Positions 1-9,189 of a stretch of DNA of 64,000 nucleotides are shown here, in pieces. Position numbers and translations under genes: made by a program. How positions within the stretch are numbered: the first letter of the stretch is position 1; every line of letters starts with the position of its first letter. Origin of the DNA: an uncultured bacterium (lineage in GTDB: Bacteria; Krumholzibacteriota; Krumholzibacteriia; LZORAL124-64-63); contig CAVSZB010000007.1 of assembly GCA_963732385.1 (NCBI GenBank), positions 448,001 to 512,000 of the forward strand, in the 5' to 3' direction. The notes below the pieces were generated by a model, which was given only the letters and a program-made list of their open reading frames with translations, searched no databases and was not told the DNA's origin.

Positions 1-1823
1 CGGGTGAGCACCTGCTCGGTTTCGGGGTGCAGCGAAACGACGTGGATCTTGCCGTCCGCCTCCGTGTAGAGCGCCGAGATCGACCGACGCAGCGCCTCCC
101 GCACCTTCTCCACGAGGTCGTCCAGGGAGATCGCGGCTCCGGTGTGGTTGGCCAGCGTTTCGAGGATCGTCACGATGTCGCGCACCGGCACCCGCTCGTG
201 CAACAGCGATCGCAGCACGTTGTGCAGCGTGTTGACCGGCACCTTGTCCGGCACGAGGTCCTCGATGAGCGCGGGCGCGAACTCGCGCACCTTCTCGCAG
301 AGCTCCTTGATATCCTGCCGTGAGAGCAGCTCGTCGGCATGGGCGCGGATGATTTCCGACAGATGGGTGGCGAGCACCGCCGCCGGCTCCACGACCGTGT
401 AGCCCTCCAGTTCGGCGGCGGCCTTGTGGTGCGGCTCGATCCAGAGCGCCGGCAACCGGAACGCCGGCTCGGTCGTGCGCACGCCCGGCACCTCCCCCTC
501 GCCGGGACGCAGGCTCATCGCCAGCAGGCGGTTCTGCATCAGGCCGGCCCGTGCGATCTCCACGCCCTTGAGCCGGATCAGGTAGCTGTGGGCCTCCAGT
601 TGCAGGTTGTCCCGCACGCGGATCGGATGGACGAAGATTCCGAGCTCCGATCCGATCTGCCGGCGCACGCTGGCGATCCGCCGCAGCAGGTCGCCTCCGC
701 GCGCCTCGTCCACCAGGGGGATCAGTCCGTAGCCGATTTCCAGTTCGAGACGATCGAGCACGAACAGATCCTCGCCCCGCGGTTCGTCCGTCGGCGGTGG
801 TGTGTCCGGTTCGTCGGCTGCTTCCGCCTCCTCGACCATGGAGATCTCCATCGCGTTGACCCGCCCGCCCATCAACTTTCCGATGCCGAACGTTGCGGCG
901 CCGAGCACCAGAAACGGCAGATTCGGCAGGCCCGGCACCAGCCCGAGCACGATCAGGGCCCCCGCCGCCACGTTCACCGCGCGCGACTGGCGGAACAGCT
1001 GCAACGCGAGCGTCTGGCCGAGATCGAGGTTGCCGCTCTGTCGCGTCACGACCATGCCGGCCGCGGTCGAGACGATCAGCGCCGGGATCTGGGTGACCAG
1101 ACCGTCGCCGACCGTCAACATCGTAAACCGTCGGATAGCCTCTCCGGCCGGCAGCTTCAGCTGCACCATGCCGATGATGAAGCCACCCAGGATGTTGATG
1201 ACCGTGATGATGATGCCGGCGATGGCGTCGCCCCGGACGAACTTGCTGGCACCGTCCATGGCGCCGAAGAACTCGGCTTCGGAGGCGATCTGGGCGCGTC
1301 GCGTGCGCGCGTCGCGCTCGTTGATGAGCCCGCTGTTGAGATCGGCGTCGATCGCCATCTGCTTGCCGGGCATCGCGTCGAGGGTGAAGCGCGCCGCCAC
1401 CTCGGCGATGCGCCCGGAACCCTTCGTGATCACCATGAAGTTTACGATCACCACGATGCCGAACACGATGACACCGATGATGTAATTGCCACCGATGACG
1501 AAGTGGCCGAAGCTCTCGATGACCTTCCCACCCTGGCCGCTGCTGAGGATAAGGCGCGTGGCGGCCACGTTGAGGGAGAGCCGGAACAGCGTGACGATCA
1601 GCAACAGCGACGGAAAGCTCGAGAACTGCAGGGGCTCCTTCAGGTAGAGCGCCACCAGCAGGATGATGATCGACAGTGCGATGTCGAAGGTGATCAGCAG
1701 ATCCAGCGCGATCGCCGGCACCGGCAGGATCATCAACCCCACCACGGCCAGCACCATGATGGCGCTAGCCAGGTTGCTGTTGGCCAGCAGCAGATCGCGG
1801 TCGATGCCCTTGTCCTGTGCCAC
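1..1823 (-). CDS. flhA: Flagellar export gate protein FlhA (3' end runs off window)
   Basis: Manual minus-strand translation from GTG 1823: MAQDKG...LKEPLQFSSFPSLLLIVTLFRLSLNVAATRLIL...RFTLDAMPGKQMAIDADL...FFGAMDGASKFVRGD; follows flhB. Not in the ORF track because it is truncated. Confidence 0.97.
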   Translation of the reverse strand, partial: MAQDKGIDRDLLLANSNLASAIMVLAVVGLMILPVPAIALDLLITFDIALSIIILLVALYLKEPLQFSSFPSLLLIVTLFRLSLNVAATRLILSSGQGGKVIESFGHFVIGGNYIIGVIVFGIVVIVNFMVITKGSGRIAEVAARFTLDAMPGKQMAIDADLNSGLINERDARTRRAQIASEAEFFGAMDGASKFVRGDAIAGIIITVINILGGFIIGMVQLKLPAGEAIRRFTMLTVGDGLVTQIPALIVSTAAGMVVTRQSGNLDLGQTLALQLFRQSRAVNVAAGALIVLGLVPGLPNLPFLVLGAATFGIGKLMGGRVNAMEISMVEEAEAADEPDTPPPTDEPRGEDLFVLDRLELEIGYGLIPLVDEARGGDLLRRIASVRRQIGSELGIFVHPIRVRDNLQLEAHSYLIRLKGVEIARAGLMQNRLLAMSLRPGEGEVPGVRTTEPAFRLPALWIEPHHKAAAELEGYTVVEPAAVLATHLSEIIRAHADELLSRQDIKELCEKVREFAPALIEDLVPDKVPVNTLHNVLRSLLHERVPVRDIVTILETLANHTGAAISLDDLVEKVREALRRSISALYTEADGKIHVVSLHPETEQVLT

Positions 1824-1837
1824 GCTCCGTTACCTTT

Positions 1838-2899
1838 CTAGGCCCGCTTGAGTCTGTACACGTAGGCCAGCACTTCGGCCACCGCCTGGAAGAGGCTTTC
1901 CGGGATGAACGCTCCCACCTTGACCATGCGGTAAAGCGACCGCGCCAGCGGCTTGTTCTCGAGCACCGGCACGCGCGCTTCCCGCGCGAGGCGCTTGATG
2001 GTCTGGGCCAGCCGGTCCCGACCTTTCGCCAGCACGCGCGGGGCCGCCTCGCCCGGGGTATAGCGCAGGGCGACGGCGAAGTGATCGGGGTTCGTCACGA
2101 TGACGTCGGCCCGGTGCACGTCGGCCAGCATGCGCCGGCGGGAGGCCTCGAACTGGATGTGACGCACGCGGGCCTTGATCTCCGGATCGCCCTCGAGGTC
2201 CTTGTGCTCCTGTTTGACCTCCTGGCGCGACATCTTGAGATTCTCCTCGTACTGCCACTTCTGGAAGATCCAGTCGCCGACCGCGAGGATCGCGAGGAAA
2301 GCCAGCAGCCAGTACAGCATCTTGGCGAAGGCAAGGCGTCCGAGGTGCGTGATGCCGTCGAGGGACAGCAGCGGCGAGGCGGCAAGATCCCAGATCACGC
2401 TGCGGATCGTGGCCCAGGCCAGCAGTGCGATGAGCACGATCTTGAGAATGTTCTTGAGCAGAGTGAAGCCGACGCGCTTGGCGAAGAATTGCTTCAGGCC
2501 GGAGATGGGGTTGAGCCGGGTCGGATCGAAACCCACCGCTCCGGCCCGCACATGGAAACCGATCTGCATCAGGTTCGCCCCGGCGCCGGCCACGAATACT
2601 CCAAGCATCAGCGGCGCCAGCGCTTCCAGCATCACGAGCAGGTTCCCACCCGCCAGAGCGGAGATCGCGCCGGAATTGTCCACGCGCAACGCATGCGCCT
2701 GCCCGAAGAGGTAGATCGCGTTGCGACCCATGACCGTACTCATGTGCCCGGCCCCGGCGAGGATCAGGCTGACGCCCGCCAGCAGGACGATGGCCGCGTT
2801 GACCTCGTCGCTGCGCACGACCTGACCCTTGTCGCGGGCCTCGTCACGCCGGCGCCCGGTTGCTCGTTCGGTGCGATCGCCACCTGGGCCGTCAGCCAT
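1838..2899 (-). CDS. flhB: Flagellar export switch protein FlhB
   Basis: KMSRQEVKQEHKDLEGDP motif; autocleavage loop here is NPDH rather than NPTH. Confidence 0.97.
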   Translation of the reverse strand: MADGPGGDRTERATGRRRDEARDKGQVVRSDEVNAAIVLLAGVSLILAGAGHMSTVMGRNAIYLFGQAHALRVDNSGAISALAGGNLLVMLEALAPLMLGVFVAGAGANLMQIGFHVRAGAVGFDPTRLNPISGLKQFFAKRVGFTLLKNILKIVLIALLAWATIRSVIWDLAASPLLSLDGITHLGRLAFAKMLYWLLAFLAILAVGDWIFQKWQYEENLKMSRQEVKQEHKDLEGDPEIKARVRHIQFEASRRRMLADVHRADVIVTNPDHFAVALRYTPGEAAPRVLAKGRDRLAQTIKRLAREARVPVLENKPLARSLYRMVKVGAFIPESLFQAVAEVLAYVYRLKRA

Positions 2900-2940
2900 C
2901 GTTCACCACCTTTGGGCGGCCGTGTCGGCCGCCCCGCGCG

Positions 2941-3726
2941 TCAGGTGTGCAGCGCGAGCAACAGCCGCTCGAGCTGGCCCGACATCCCCTGCAGCAGAAT
3001 CATGAACACCTGGTTGAACCAGGAGAGCGACAGGCCGAGCACGGCAAGTCCGACGGCGATCTGGATCGGGAACCCGATCACGATAATGTTGATCTGGGGC
3101 ACGGTCTTGACGATCACGCCCATGGCCGCGCTCACCAGCATCAGCACCACCACGCACGGCGCGCCAGCCTGCAGCCCGAGACGAAAAAAGGCGCCGAACT
3201 CGTCGACCAGCAGCCAGGAACCCGCCGCGCCGTCGATCGGCGAGAACAGAGGCACCAGGGTGCAAGACGCCACCAGCGCCCGCAACAGGGCGTGGTGGGC
3301 GTCGACAGCGAAGAACAGCAGGACCGCCAGCAGGTTGTAGAAGTTCGAGAGCAGCGACAGCTGCAGACCGCTCGCCGGGTCGATGATGTTGGCGATCGAG
3401 AAGCCGATCTTCACGTCGATGATCTGCCCCGCGAATTTCACCGCCTCGAACGGGATGCTCAGGCTGACGGCGAGCAGGGCCCCGATCAGGCAGGAGCGCG
3501 CCGCTTCGGCCACGATCGTCGTCCAGTTGAGCACGATCGCCTGCGGCGGCAACAGAGCGCGGACGGTGGGCGCCAGCGCCGCAGCCGTCACGACCGCCAG
3601 CGCCACCCGCCACAGCACGGGCACCGCGCGCGACCCGAGGAAAGGCAGCAGCGCCGCAAGCACGGAGAGTCGCAGCGCAATCGCCGCACCCACCGCCAGC
3701 AGGGGAAGGTCGAGAGCGAGTGTCAC
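2941..3726 (-). CDS. fliR: Flagellar export protein FliR
   Basis: Hydrophobic; AGQIIDVKIGFS..IIDP and PQINIIVIGFP motifs; operon position. Confidence 0.95.
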   Translation of the reverse strand: MTLALDLPLLAVGAAIALRLSVLAALLPFLGSRAVPVLWRVALAVVTAAALAPTVRALLPPQAIVLNWTTIVAEAARSCLIGALLAVSLSIPFEAVKFAGQIIDVKIGFSIANIIDPASGLQLSLLSNFYNLLAVLLFFAVDAHHALLRALVASCTLVPLFSPIDGAAGSWLLVDEFGAFFRLGLQAGAPCVVVLMLVSAAMGVIVKTVPQINIIVIGFPIQIAVGLAVLGLSLSWFNQVFMILLQGMSGQLERLLLALHT

Positions 3727-3732
3727 GTCGGC

Positions 3733-3996
3733 CTACATCGCAGCGATCCGCGCGAAGATTCCGCGCGTGAACGCCGTCATCTGGGCAATCATCCAGGGCA
3801 GCGTCAGCACCATGACCAGCATGACGACCACGATCTTCGGCACGAAGGTCATCGTCATCTCGTTGATCTGGGTGGCCGCCTGCACGATGCTGATGATCAG
3901 GCCCACCAGCATCCCCGCCAGGAGCATCGGGCCTGCCACCAGGAGTGTGACGCGCAGCGCCTGTTGCGCGAGATCGATCACCGAATCAGCCGTCAT
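3733..3996 (-). CDS. fliQ: Flagellar export protein FliQ
   Basis: MTADSVIDLAQQAL...QAATQINEMTMTFVPK; start trimmed to ATG 3996. Confidence 0.96.
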   Translation of the reverse strand: MTADSVIDLAQQALRVTLLVAGPMLLAGMLVGLIISIVQAATQINEMTMTFVPKIVVVMLVMVLTLPWMIAQMTAFTRGIFARIAAM

Positions 3997-4019
3997 GGTG
4001 CGCCTTTCGCGCGGTCCGC

Positions 4020-4790
4020 CTAATCGAAAGCGGCGACCAGCGACTTGACGATCAGGTGCCATCCGTCCACGAGAACGAACAGCAGCACCTTGAAGGGGAG
4101 ACTTATCATCACGGGCGGCAGCATCATCATGCCCATCGACATCAGGACCGAGGCCACCACCATGTCGAGCACCAGGAACGGGAGGAAGAGCACGAAGCCC
4201 ATCTGGAAAGCGGTCTTCAACTCGCCGATCACGAAACTCGGGATCACCACGAGCAGGGGCAGTTCCTCGGGCGTGGCGGGCGCATCGCGGTTGGTCAACT
4301 CCAGGAACAGTCCCACGTCCTTTTCGCGCACCTGCTTGAGCATGAACGCCTTGAGCGGACTTTCGGCGCGGTGGAATGCCTCGCCCTGCGTGATCTCGTG
4401 CTGGAGATAGGGCTGAAGCGCGTTCTGGTTGATGTCGGTGAAGACCGGCGACATGATCACGAACGTGAGGAACAGCGACAGGCCGATCAGGATCTGGTTG
4501 GAAGGCATCTGGTTGGTGCCCAGCGCCTGGCGCAGGAAACCAAACACGATCACGATGCGCGTGAAACTGGTCAGGAGGATCAGCAGGGCCGGCGCGAGCG
4601 ACAGGACCGTCATCAAAAGGACGATCTCGAGGGCCACGTCGATCGTGGCAGGCCCGCCCGAGCCGTCCAGCGTCAGGGTGACGCTGCGCGGCGCGCCGGG
4701 GGCGGCGGCCCCCTGCGCCGCGGCCACGCCGCTGCAGAGCAACATCGTCGCCAGCGCCAGCCAACCGATCAGTCTTGCCGTCGCCGTCAC
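4020..4790 (-). CDS. fliP: Flagellar export protein FliP
   Basis: TSFTRIVIV, LRQALGT, ELKTAFQMG, GMMMLPP..ISLPFK motifs; GTG 4790 with RBS and signal peptide. Confidence 0.97.
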   Translation of the reverse strand: MTATARLIGWLALATMLLCSGVAAAQGAAAPGAPRSVTLTLDGSGGPATIDVALEIVLLMTVLSLAPALLILLTSFTRIVIVFGFLRQALGTNQMPSNQILIGLSLFLTFVIMSPVFTDINQNALQPYLQHEITQGEAFHRAESPLKAFMLKQVREKDVGLFLELTNRDAPATPEELPLLVVIPSFVIGELKTAFQMGFVLFLPFLVLDMVVASVLMSMGMMMLPPVMISLPFKVLLFVLVDGWHLIVKSLVAAFD

Positions 4791-4851
4791 CGTTCGGTCC
4801 TTCCATGGGAGATGCACCCGTACTCCGGGAGCTCGATGTCCCGGTCGGCAA

Positions 4852-4867
4852 GGCAACGGGCATGCCA
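4852..4867 (-). promoter_or_regulatory. Sigma54 -24/-12 promoter upstream of fliP
   Basis: TGGCATGCCCGTTGCC (GG-N10-GC) in the intergenic gap. Confidence 0.75.
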
Positions 4868-5034
4868 GCGGGCCGCGGGTCGGGAATTGTGGGCCGTCAC
4901 TTATCGTGCGTAGAAACAAGGGTTTGCGGATATTGCGGGCGGTGTCTGTCAGGCATGAAAATTTGCGCCGGGAGCACCCTCCGCGGCGCGGTCGCATTCC
5001 GGCCACGGGCGATCAGCTTTGGGTCAGGCGCGGG

Positions 5035-5406
5035 TCAGCGCGACGGGCCGCCGTCGCGCGGGACGGCGGGCCGGGCCCCGGCGAGCCAACGGGCCAGACG
5101 GGCCGGCAGTCCGTCCGGGGCGAGAGGCGAGAGCCGCGCGGGATCGGCCTGCCAGGCCTCGAACGGCTCCTCCGCCAGGGACACCAGGGCCCCTTCGCGG
5201 CGGTAGAGGTAGTGCACCCGGTCCTTCAGCCGCACCACTTCGATCTCGCGGCGAGGTCCCAGGGGGATGACGGACAGCAGCGCCGCCTGCCGCGCGCGCG
5301 GGCCGACGTGGAAGCGGGCGAGCAGCCTGAGGAAAAGCGCCAGGAGGGCAAATACGGCGAGCGTGCCGCCGACCGCCTGCCACCAGGAAAATCCGGGCGC
5401 GCCCAT
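5035..5406 (-). CDS. fliO: Flagellar biosynthesis protein FliO
   Basis: N-terminal TM segment then LGPRREIEVV; lies between fliN and fliP. Confidence 0.75.
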   Translation of the reverse strand: MGAPGFSWWQAVGGTLAVFALLALFLRLLARFHVGPRARQAALLSVIPLGPRREIEVVRLKDRVHYLYRREGALVSLAEEPFEAWQADPARLSPLAPDGLPARLARWLAGARPAVPRDGGPSR

Positions 5407-5408
5407 GG

Positions 5409-5765
5409 TCAGATCAACTTCTTCAGCCGCTCGGCGCGGCTGAGCAGCTTCGTGATGCGCACCGCGAAGCTGTCATCGACCACGACCACCTCGCCGCTGG
5501 CGAGCAGCGCGCCGTTGACCAGGATGTCCACCGGCTCGCTGGCCGGCTTGCCCAGTTCCACCACGGACCCGTTGGACAGATTGAGGATGTCGCGGATCTT
5601 CAGGCGGGTGCGTCCCAGCTCAACCGTGACCCGCAGGTTGACGTCGAGCAACATGCCCAGATTGCGGGTGTCGGGCGCCGCATCGCCGACTTCCTGCTCG
5701 GCGATCGCGCCCTGCGCTTCTTCTCCGGTCACGGGGGCCGTCACCACCAGATCTTCAGTCGCCAT
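5409..5765 (-). CDS. fliN: Motor switch protein FliN
   Basis: LLDVNLRVTVELG...GEVVVVDDSFAVRIT SpoA domain. Confidence 0.96.
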   Translation of the reverse strand: MATEDLVVTAPVTGEEAQGAIAEQEVGDAAPDTRNLGMLLDVNLRVTVELGRTRLKIRDILNLSNGSVVELGKPASEPVDILVNGALLASGEVVVVDDSFAVRITKLLSRAERLKKLI

Positions 5766-5769
5766 GCGT

Positions 5770-6780
5770 TCACTCCTCGCTCAGGCGCTCGGTGAGGCGC
5801 AACGCCCGGTGCTGGTGCACCCGGCCGGCCGCGCCCAGCCACAACGGCTTGCCCTCCACCTCGAGGGCAAGGGGCGCGTCGACTGGTTTGTCCAGCGTCA
5901 GCACCTGGCCTTCTTCCAAGGCCATGATCTGCTCCAGGCTCAGCTGCATCTCACCCAGATTCGCCACGGCTTCGACATCCGTGCCGCCGACCAGATCGAG
6001 CACCAGGTCGCGATCCCGCCGCACCGCGGCGGCGGGCCGCGGTTCGCGCGATTCCTCGGGATCGAACAGCACCCGCACCGGCTCGAACCCGGAGATCGGG
6101 ATGCAGAAATTGAGCCGTCCTTCCACATTCTCAAGATGGAAATGGAAATCCAGCACGACCACGCTGTCGCCGGGGGCGAGCGAATTCAGATAACTCGGGT
6201 TGTTCTCCAGGGCGACGCAACGGGGATCGAGCTCCACCAGCCGTCCGGCGGCCATGCGCAACAGATCCATAAATTTCATGATCATGCTGCGCACGATGCT
6301 CAGTTCGATTTCCGTGTACTCGCGATTGCGTGTCTCGGCCTCGGCCGGCCCGCCGAGCAGCTTCTTGATCATGGCGAAGCTGAGTGACAGGTCGAGGTAG
6401 AACAGCGCGCTGCCTTTAAGGGGGGCGAGGGTCAAGACACTGATGCAGGTTGGATTGGGCAGGCCCGCCGCGTATTCGCCGAAGGTCTGCAGGAGCAGGC
6501 GCCGGAATTCCAGGATGCAGTTTGTGCGCAACTGGTTCGTGAAATGGATCGTGGCCGACTTGGCCAGGTTGTCGCAGATGCTGCGCAGGTTCTTCTCGAA
6601 GTTGGGAGAGATGCTGTAAGGACGGCGGAAGTCAAACGTGCTCACAACAGCGAAGTCGGCGGGAGCCTGCTCGCTGACCATCTCGGCCAGCGCCCCCTCC
6701 AGATCCTCGCTCGCATCGCCGGCGGCCTGCGCCAGCAGGGAGTCGATTTCGTCCTGGCTCAGCAGCGAATCCATGAGCAT
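5770..6780 (-). CDS. fliM: Motor switch protein FliM
   Basis: CheY-binding LSQDEIDSLL, FDFRRP, LLGG, REYTEIE motifs. Confidence 0.96.
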   Translation of the reverse strand: MLMDSLLSQDEIDSLLAQAAGDASEDLEGALAEMVSEQAPADFAVVSTFDFRRPYSISPNFEKNLRSICDNLAKSATIHFTNQLRTNCILEFRRLLLQTFGEYAAGLPNPTCISVLTLAPLKGSALFYLDLSLSFAMIKKLLGGPAEAETRNREYTEIELSIVRSMIMKFMDLLRMAAGRLVELDPRCVALENNPSYLNSLAPGDSVVVLDFHFHLENVEGRLNFCIPISGFEPVRVLFDPEESREPRPAAAVRRDRDLVLDLVGGTDVEAVANLGEMQLSLEQIMALEEGQVLTLDKPVDAPLALEVEGKPLWLGAAGRVHQHRALRLTERLSEE

Positions 6781-6816
6781 CCCCTGCCCGCGCGGCGACG
6801 GCCCGCGCAGGCTCCA

Positions 6817-7353
6817 CTACTGGATCATCAGGTCCGAGAAATAGACGTTCAACAGTGCGCCAGGCGGCAGTTTCTCGCTCAGACGGCGCATGATCTCCTG
6901 CCGCGCCTCTTCCTTGCCCGCCGGGGCGAGCAGATCCGCTGACGTGCGGCTCGAAAGGGTCATAATCACCATGTCGCGCAGTTGCGGCAGACGCTCTTCC
7001 ATCGCCTTGGCCAGTTTGGGATCGGCGATCTCGACACCGACGTTCGTGCGCGCATAGTGCGGCGTGCCCCCTTCACCCTGCAGGGTGATGATCATCTCCT
7101 CGAGACTGACGATCTCGCCCTCCTTCTCAGGACCGGCCGCCTCCGCGCCGCCGTGGCCAGCCCCGGCCGCCGCCTCGGCCACCACTGCCCCCGCCTCGAG
7201 CTTCGGCGCGATGAAGAATTTCGTCACCGCCAGGGCCGTGAGCGCCTGGACGATGACGATCACGCCCAGCAACACCACCTTGTTGTCGAGCAGCGCGCCC
7301 AGCTTCGGTTTGGCCTTCGGCGCCGGGGCCGCTTCGTTCTTTTCCTCCGCCAT
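6817..7353 (-). CDS. fliL: Flagellar basal body-associated FliL
   Basis: Single TM, PQLRD, VYFSDLMIQ C-terminus. Confidence 0.92.
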   Translation of the reverse strand: MAEEKNEAAPAPKAKPKLGALLDNKVVLLGVIVIVQALTALAVTKFFIAPKLEAGAVVAEAAAGAGHGGAEAAGPEKEGEIVSLEEMIITLQGEGGTPHYARTNVGVEIADPKLAKAMEERLPQLRDMVIMTLSSRTSADLLAPAGKEEARQEIMRRLSEKLPPGALLNVYFSDLMIQ

Positions 7354-7383
7354 GGGGATCGCCTCGCCTTCCGGGTCAGGCGC

Positions 7384-8082
7384 CTAGCGGCGCCACTCCA
7401 TCAGGATCTCGACGCGCCGGTTGCGCGCTCTTTCTTCGAGTGTCTCGTTGCCTGCCACCGGTCGATACTCTCCGTACCCCGCTGCCGACAGGCGCTCCGG
7501 CGCCAGCCCCTCAGCCTGGAACGTCCGCGCCACCGCCACCGCCCGCGCCGCCGACAACTCCCAGTTGCTCTCGAACCGGGACGTGCGGATCGGCACGGCG
7601 TCGGTGTGCCCCTCGACCCGTACCGGGTGCGGGAAGGGGGCCAGAAAGCCTCCCAGGGCCTTCAGGAGAACTTCCGCCTCGGGACGCAGGTCCGCGCGGC
7701 CGGAAGCGAAGAGAAACGGCGCGTTGACCCGGATCGCTACGCCCCGCTCCGTAACCTCGATGTCCACTTCCCTATCCAGCCCGGCGGCAAGCAGGGATTG
7801 TTCCAGTTCCCGGGCGCTATCGGTGGCCTCCTGGCGCTTCCGGGCCAATTCACGCGCCGCGGCCACCTCTGGCAACTGGAGGACTGTCGGGGGATAGGAA
7901 GTCAGCCCGAAGGCCCCCCGCAGGGAGACTGCGGCTTCATGGAACTTGGTTTCCTGAATGGTCGAAAAACTTACAAGCAGGACGAAAAACACGAGCAGCA
8001 GCGCCATCAGGTCGCCGTAGGTCATTATCCAGGAGGGGTTGTCTCCCCGCTCTTCCGGCGCCGCCCTCCGACGTCCGTTCAT
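7384..8082 (-). CDS. motB: Stator B subunit (MotB/PomB-like)
   Basis: WIMTYGDLMALLLVFFVLL TM; OmpA-like VEGHTD, NWELSAARA, NRRVEI. Confidence 0.95.
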   Translation of the reverse strand: MNGRRRAAPEERGDNPSWIMTYGDLMALLLVFFVLLVSFSTIQETKFHEAAVSLRGAFGLTSYPPTVLQLPEVAAARELARKRQEATDSARELEQSLLAAGLDREVDIEVTERGVAIRVNAPFLFASGRADLRPEAEVLLKALGGFLAPFPHPVRVEGHTDAVPIRTSRFESNWELSAARAVAVARTFQAEGLAPERLSAAGYGEYRPVAGNETLEERARNRRVEILMEWRR

Positions 8083-8099
8083 GGCTCCTCCCGGCGGCC

Positions 8100-8894
8100 T
8101 CAGACGGCGCGTCGGACCTGCTGCTCGCGCGCCACGTCGAGGCGCCGACGCAGCGTCGGCGACAGGAAGGCGCGCAGTTTCTCCTCCACGATGCGCGGCG
8201 AATCGCCGCTCTGAATGGCGAGAATACCGTCGATGATCATCTCCCGGTGCAGGATCTCCTCCTCGGATCTGGCCCCCAGCTTGCCGGCCAGCGGCAAAAA
8301 GAGCACGTTCGCCAGGATGGCGCCGTAGAACGTGGTCACCAGCGCCACCGACATGCCGGGGCCGATCATTTCGGGATTTTCCATATGCGCGAGCATCTGG
8401 ATCAGTCCGATCAGCGTGCCGATCATGCCGAACGCGGGCGCGTAGTTGCCACCGGCCTGCAGCAACCGCCGCCCCTCGCGGTGTCGGATCTCCAGCTGGG
8501 CGATGTCGGTCTCCATGATCTTCTGCAGCAGGTGCGGATCGGTGCCGTCGACCGCAAGGCGCAGCCCCTTGCGCAGGAACTCGTCGTCTTCGTTTTCGGA
8601 CGCCGCCTCCAGCGCCAGCATGCCGTCCTTCCGCGCGTGCTCCGCGAACACGACCATGCGCGCGATCATCGCTTCCGCATCGATCGCCCGGTGGAAAACC
8701 GTCTTGCGCAGGACCGCCACGACATTGCGCACCCGGCCGAACGGAAAGTTCGCCAGGATGGAGGCCGTGGTTCCCCCGAGCACGATGATCATGGACGGCA
8801 CGTGAACGAACTGGCTCAACGAGCCGCCGAGGAAGACGGCCCAGATAATCATGCCGAAGCCGCAGATCAGTCCCAGCAGGGTCGCGATATCCAC
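8100..8894 (-). CDS. motA: Stator A subunit (MotA/PomA-like)
   Basis: GTG start (MDIATLLG); APAFGMIGTLIGLI, ALVTTFYG motifs. Confidence 0.95.
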   Translation of the reverse strand: MDIATLLGLICGFGMIIWAVFLGGSLSQFVHVPSMIIVLGGTTASILANFPFGRVRNVVAVLRKTVFHRAIDAEAMIARMVVFAEHARKDGMLALEAASENEDDEFLRKGLRLAVDGTDPHLLQKIMETDIAQLEIRHREGRRLLQAGGNYAPAFGMIGTLIGLIQMLAHMENPEMIGPGMSVALVTTFYGAILANVLFLPLAGKLGARSEEEILHREMIIDGILAIQSGDSPRIVEEKLRAFLSPTLRRRLDVAREQQVRRAV

Positions 8895-8920
8895 CTGGCT
8901 CTCCTCTGTACCGGCGCGCG

Positions 8921-9154
8921 TCAGCGGGACTGGTCGTCGAAGATCGAACCGTCCCCGCCGGCCGGCACGACCACGGTCCGCGCCGTCCGGCGGTAAGCGA
9001 CCGCCTTGCCCACCACCTCGTCGAGCGCCTCGCGCACCATGATCTTGCGACCGGTGGTGAGGCTGATCAGGGTGTCGGGTGTGCTTTCGACGAACTCGAT
9101 GAGATCGGCGTTCACGACCAGCTCGCTCCCATTGAGTTTCGTGACTTTGATCAT
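8921..9154 (-). CDS. flbD: Flagellar FlbD/SwrD family small protein
   Basis: MIKVTKLNG..VVNADLIEFVESTPDT.I.L..G.K..V.E; between flgE and motA. Confidence 0.9.
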   Translation of the reverse strand: MIKVTKLNGSELVVNADLIEFVESTPDTLISLTTGRKIMVREALDEVVGKAVAYRRTARTVVVPAGGDGSIFDDQSR

Positions 9155-9189
9155 CGCCTTTAGCTCCTTCGCCGCCGTGCGCGCGATCA

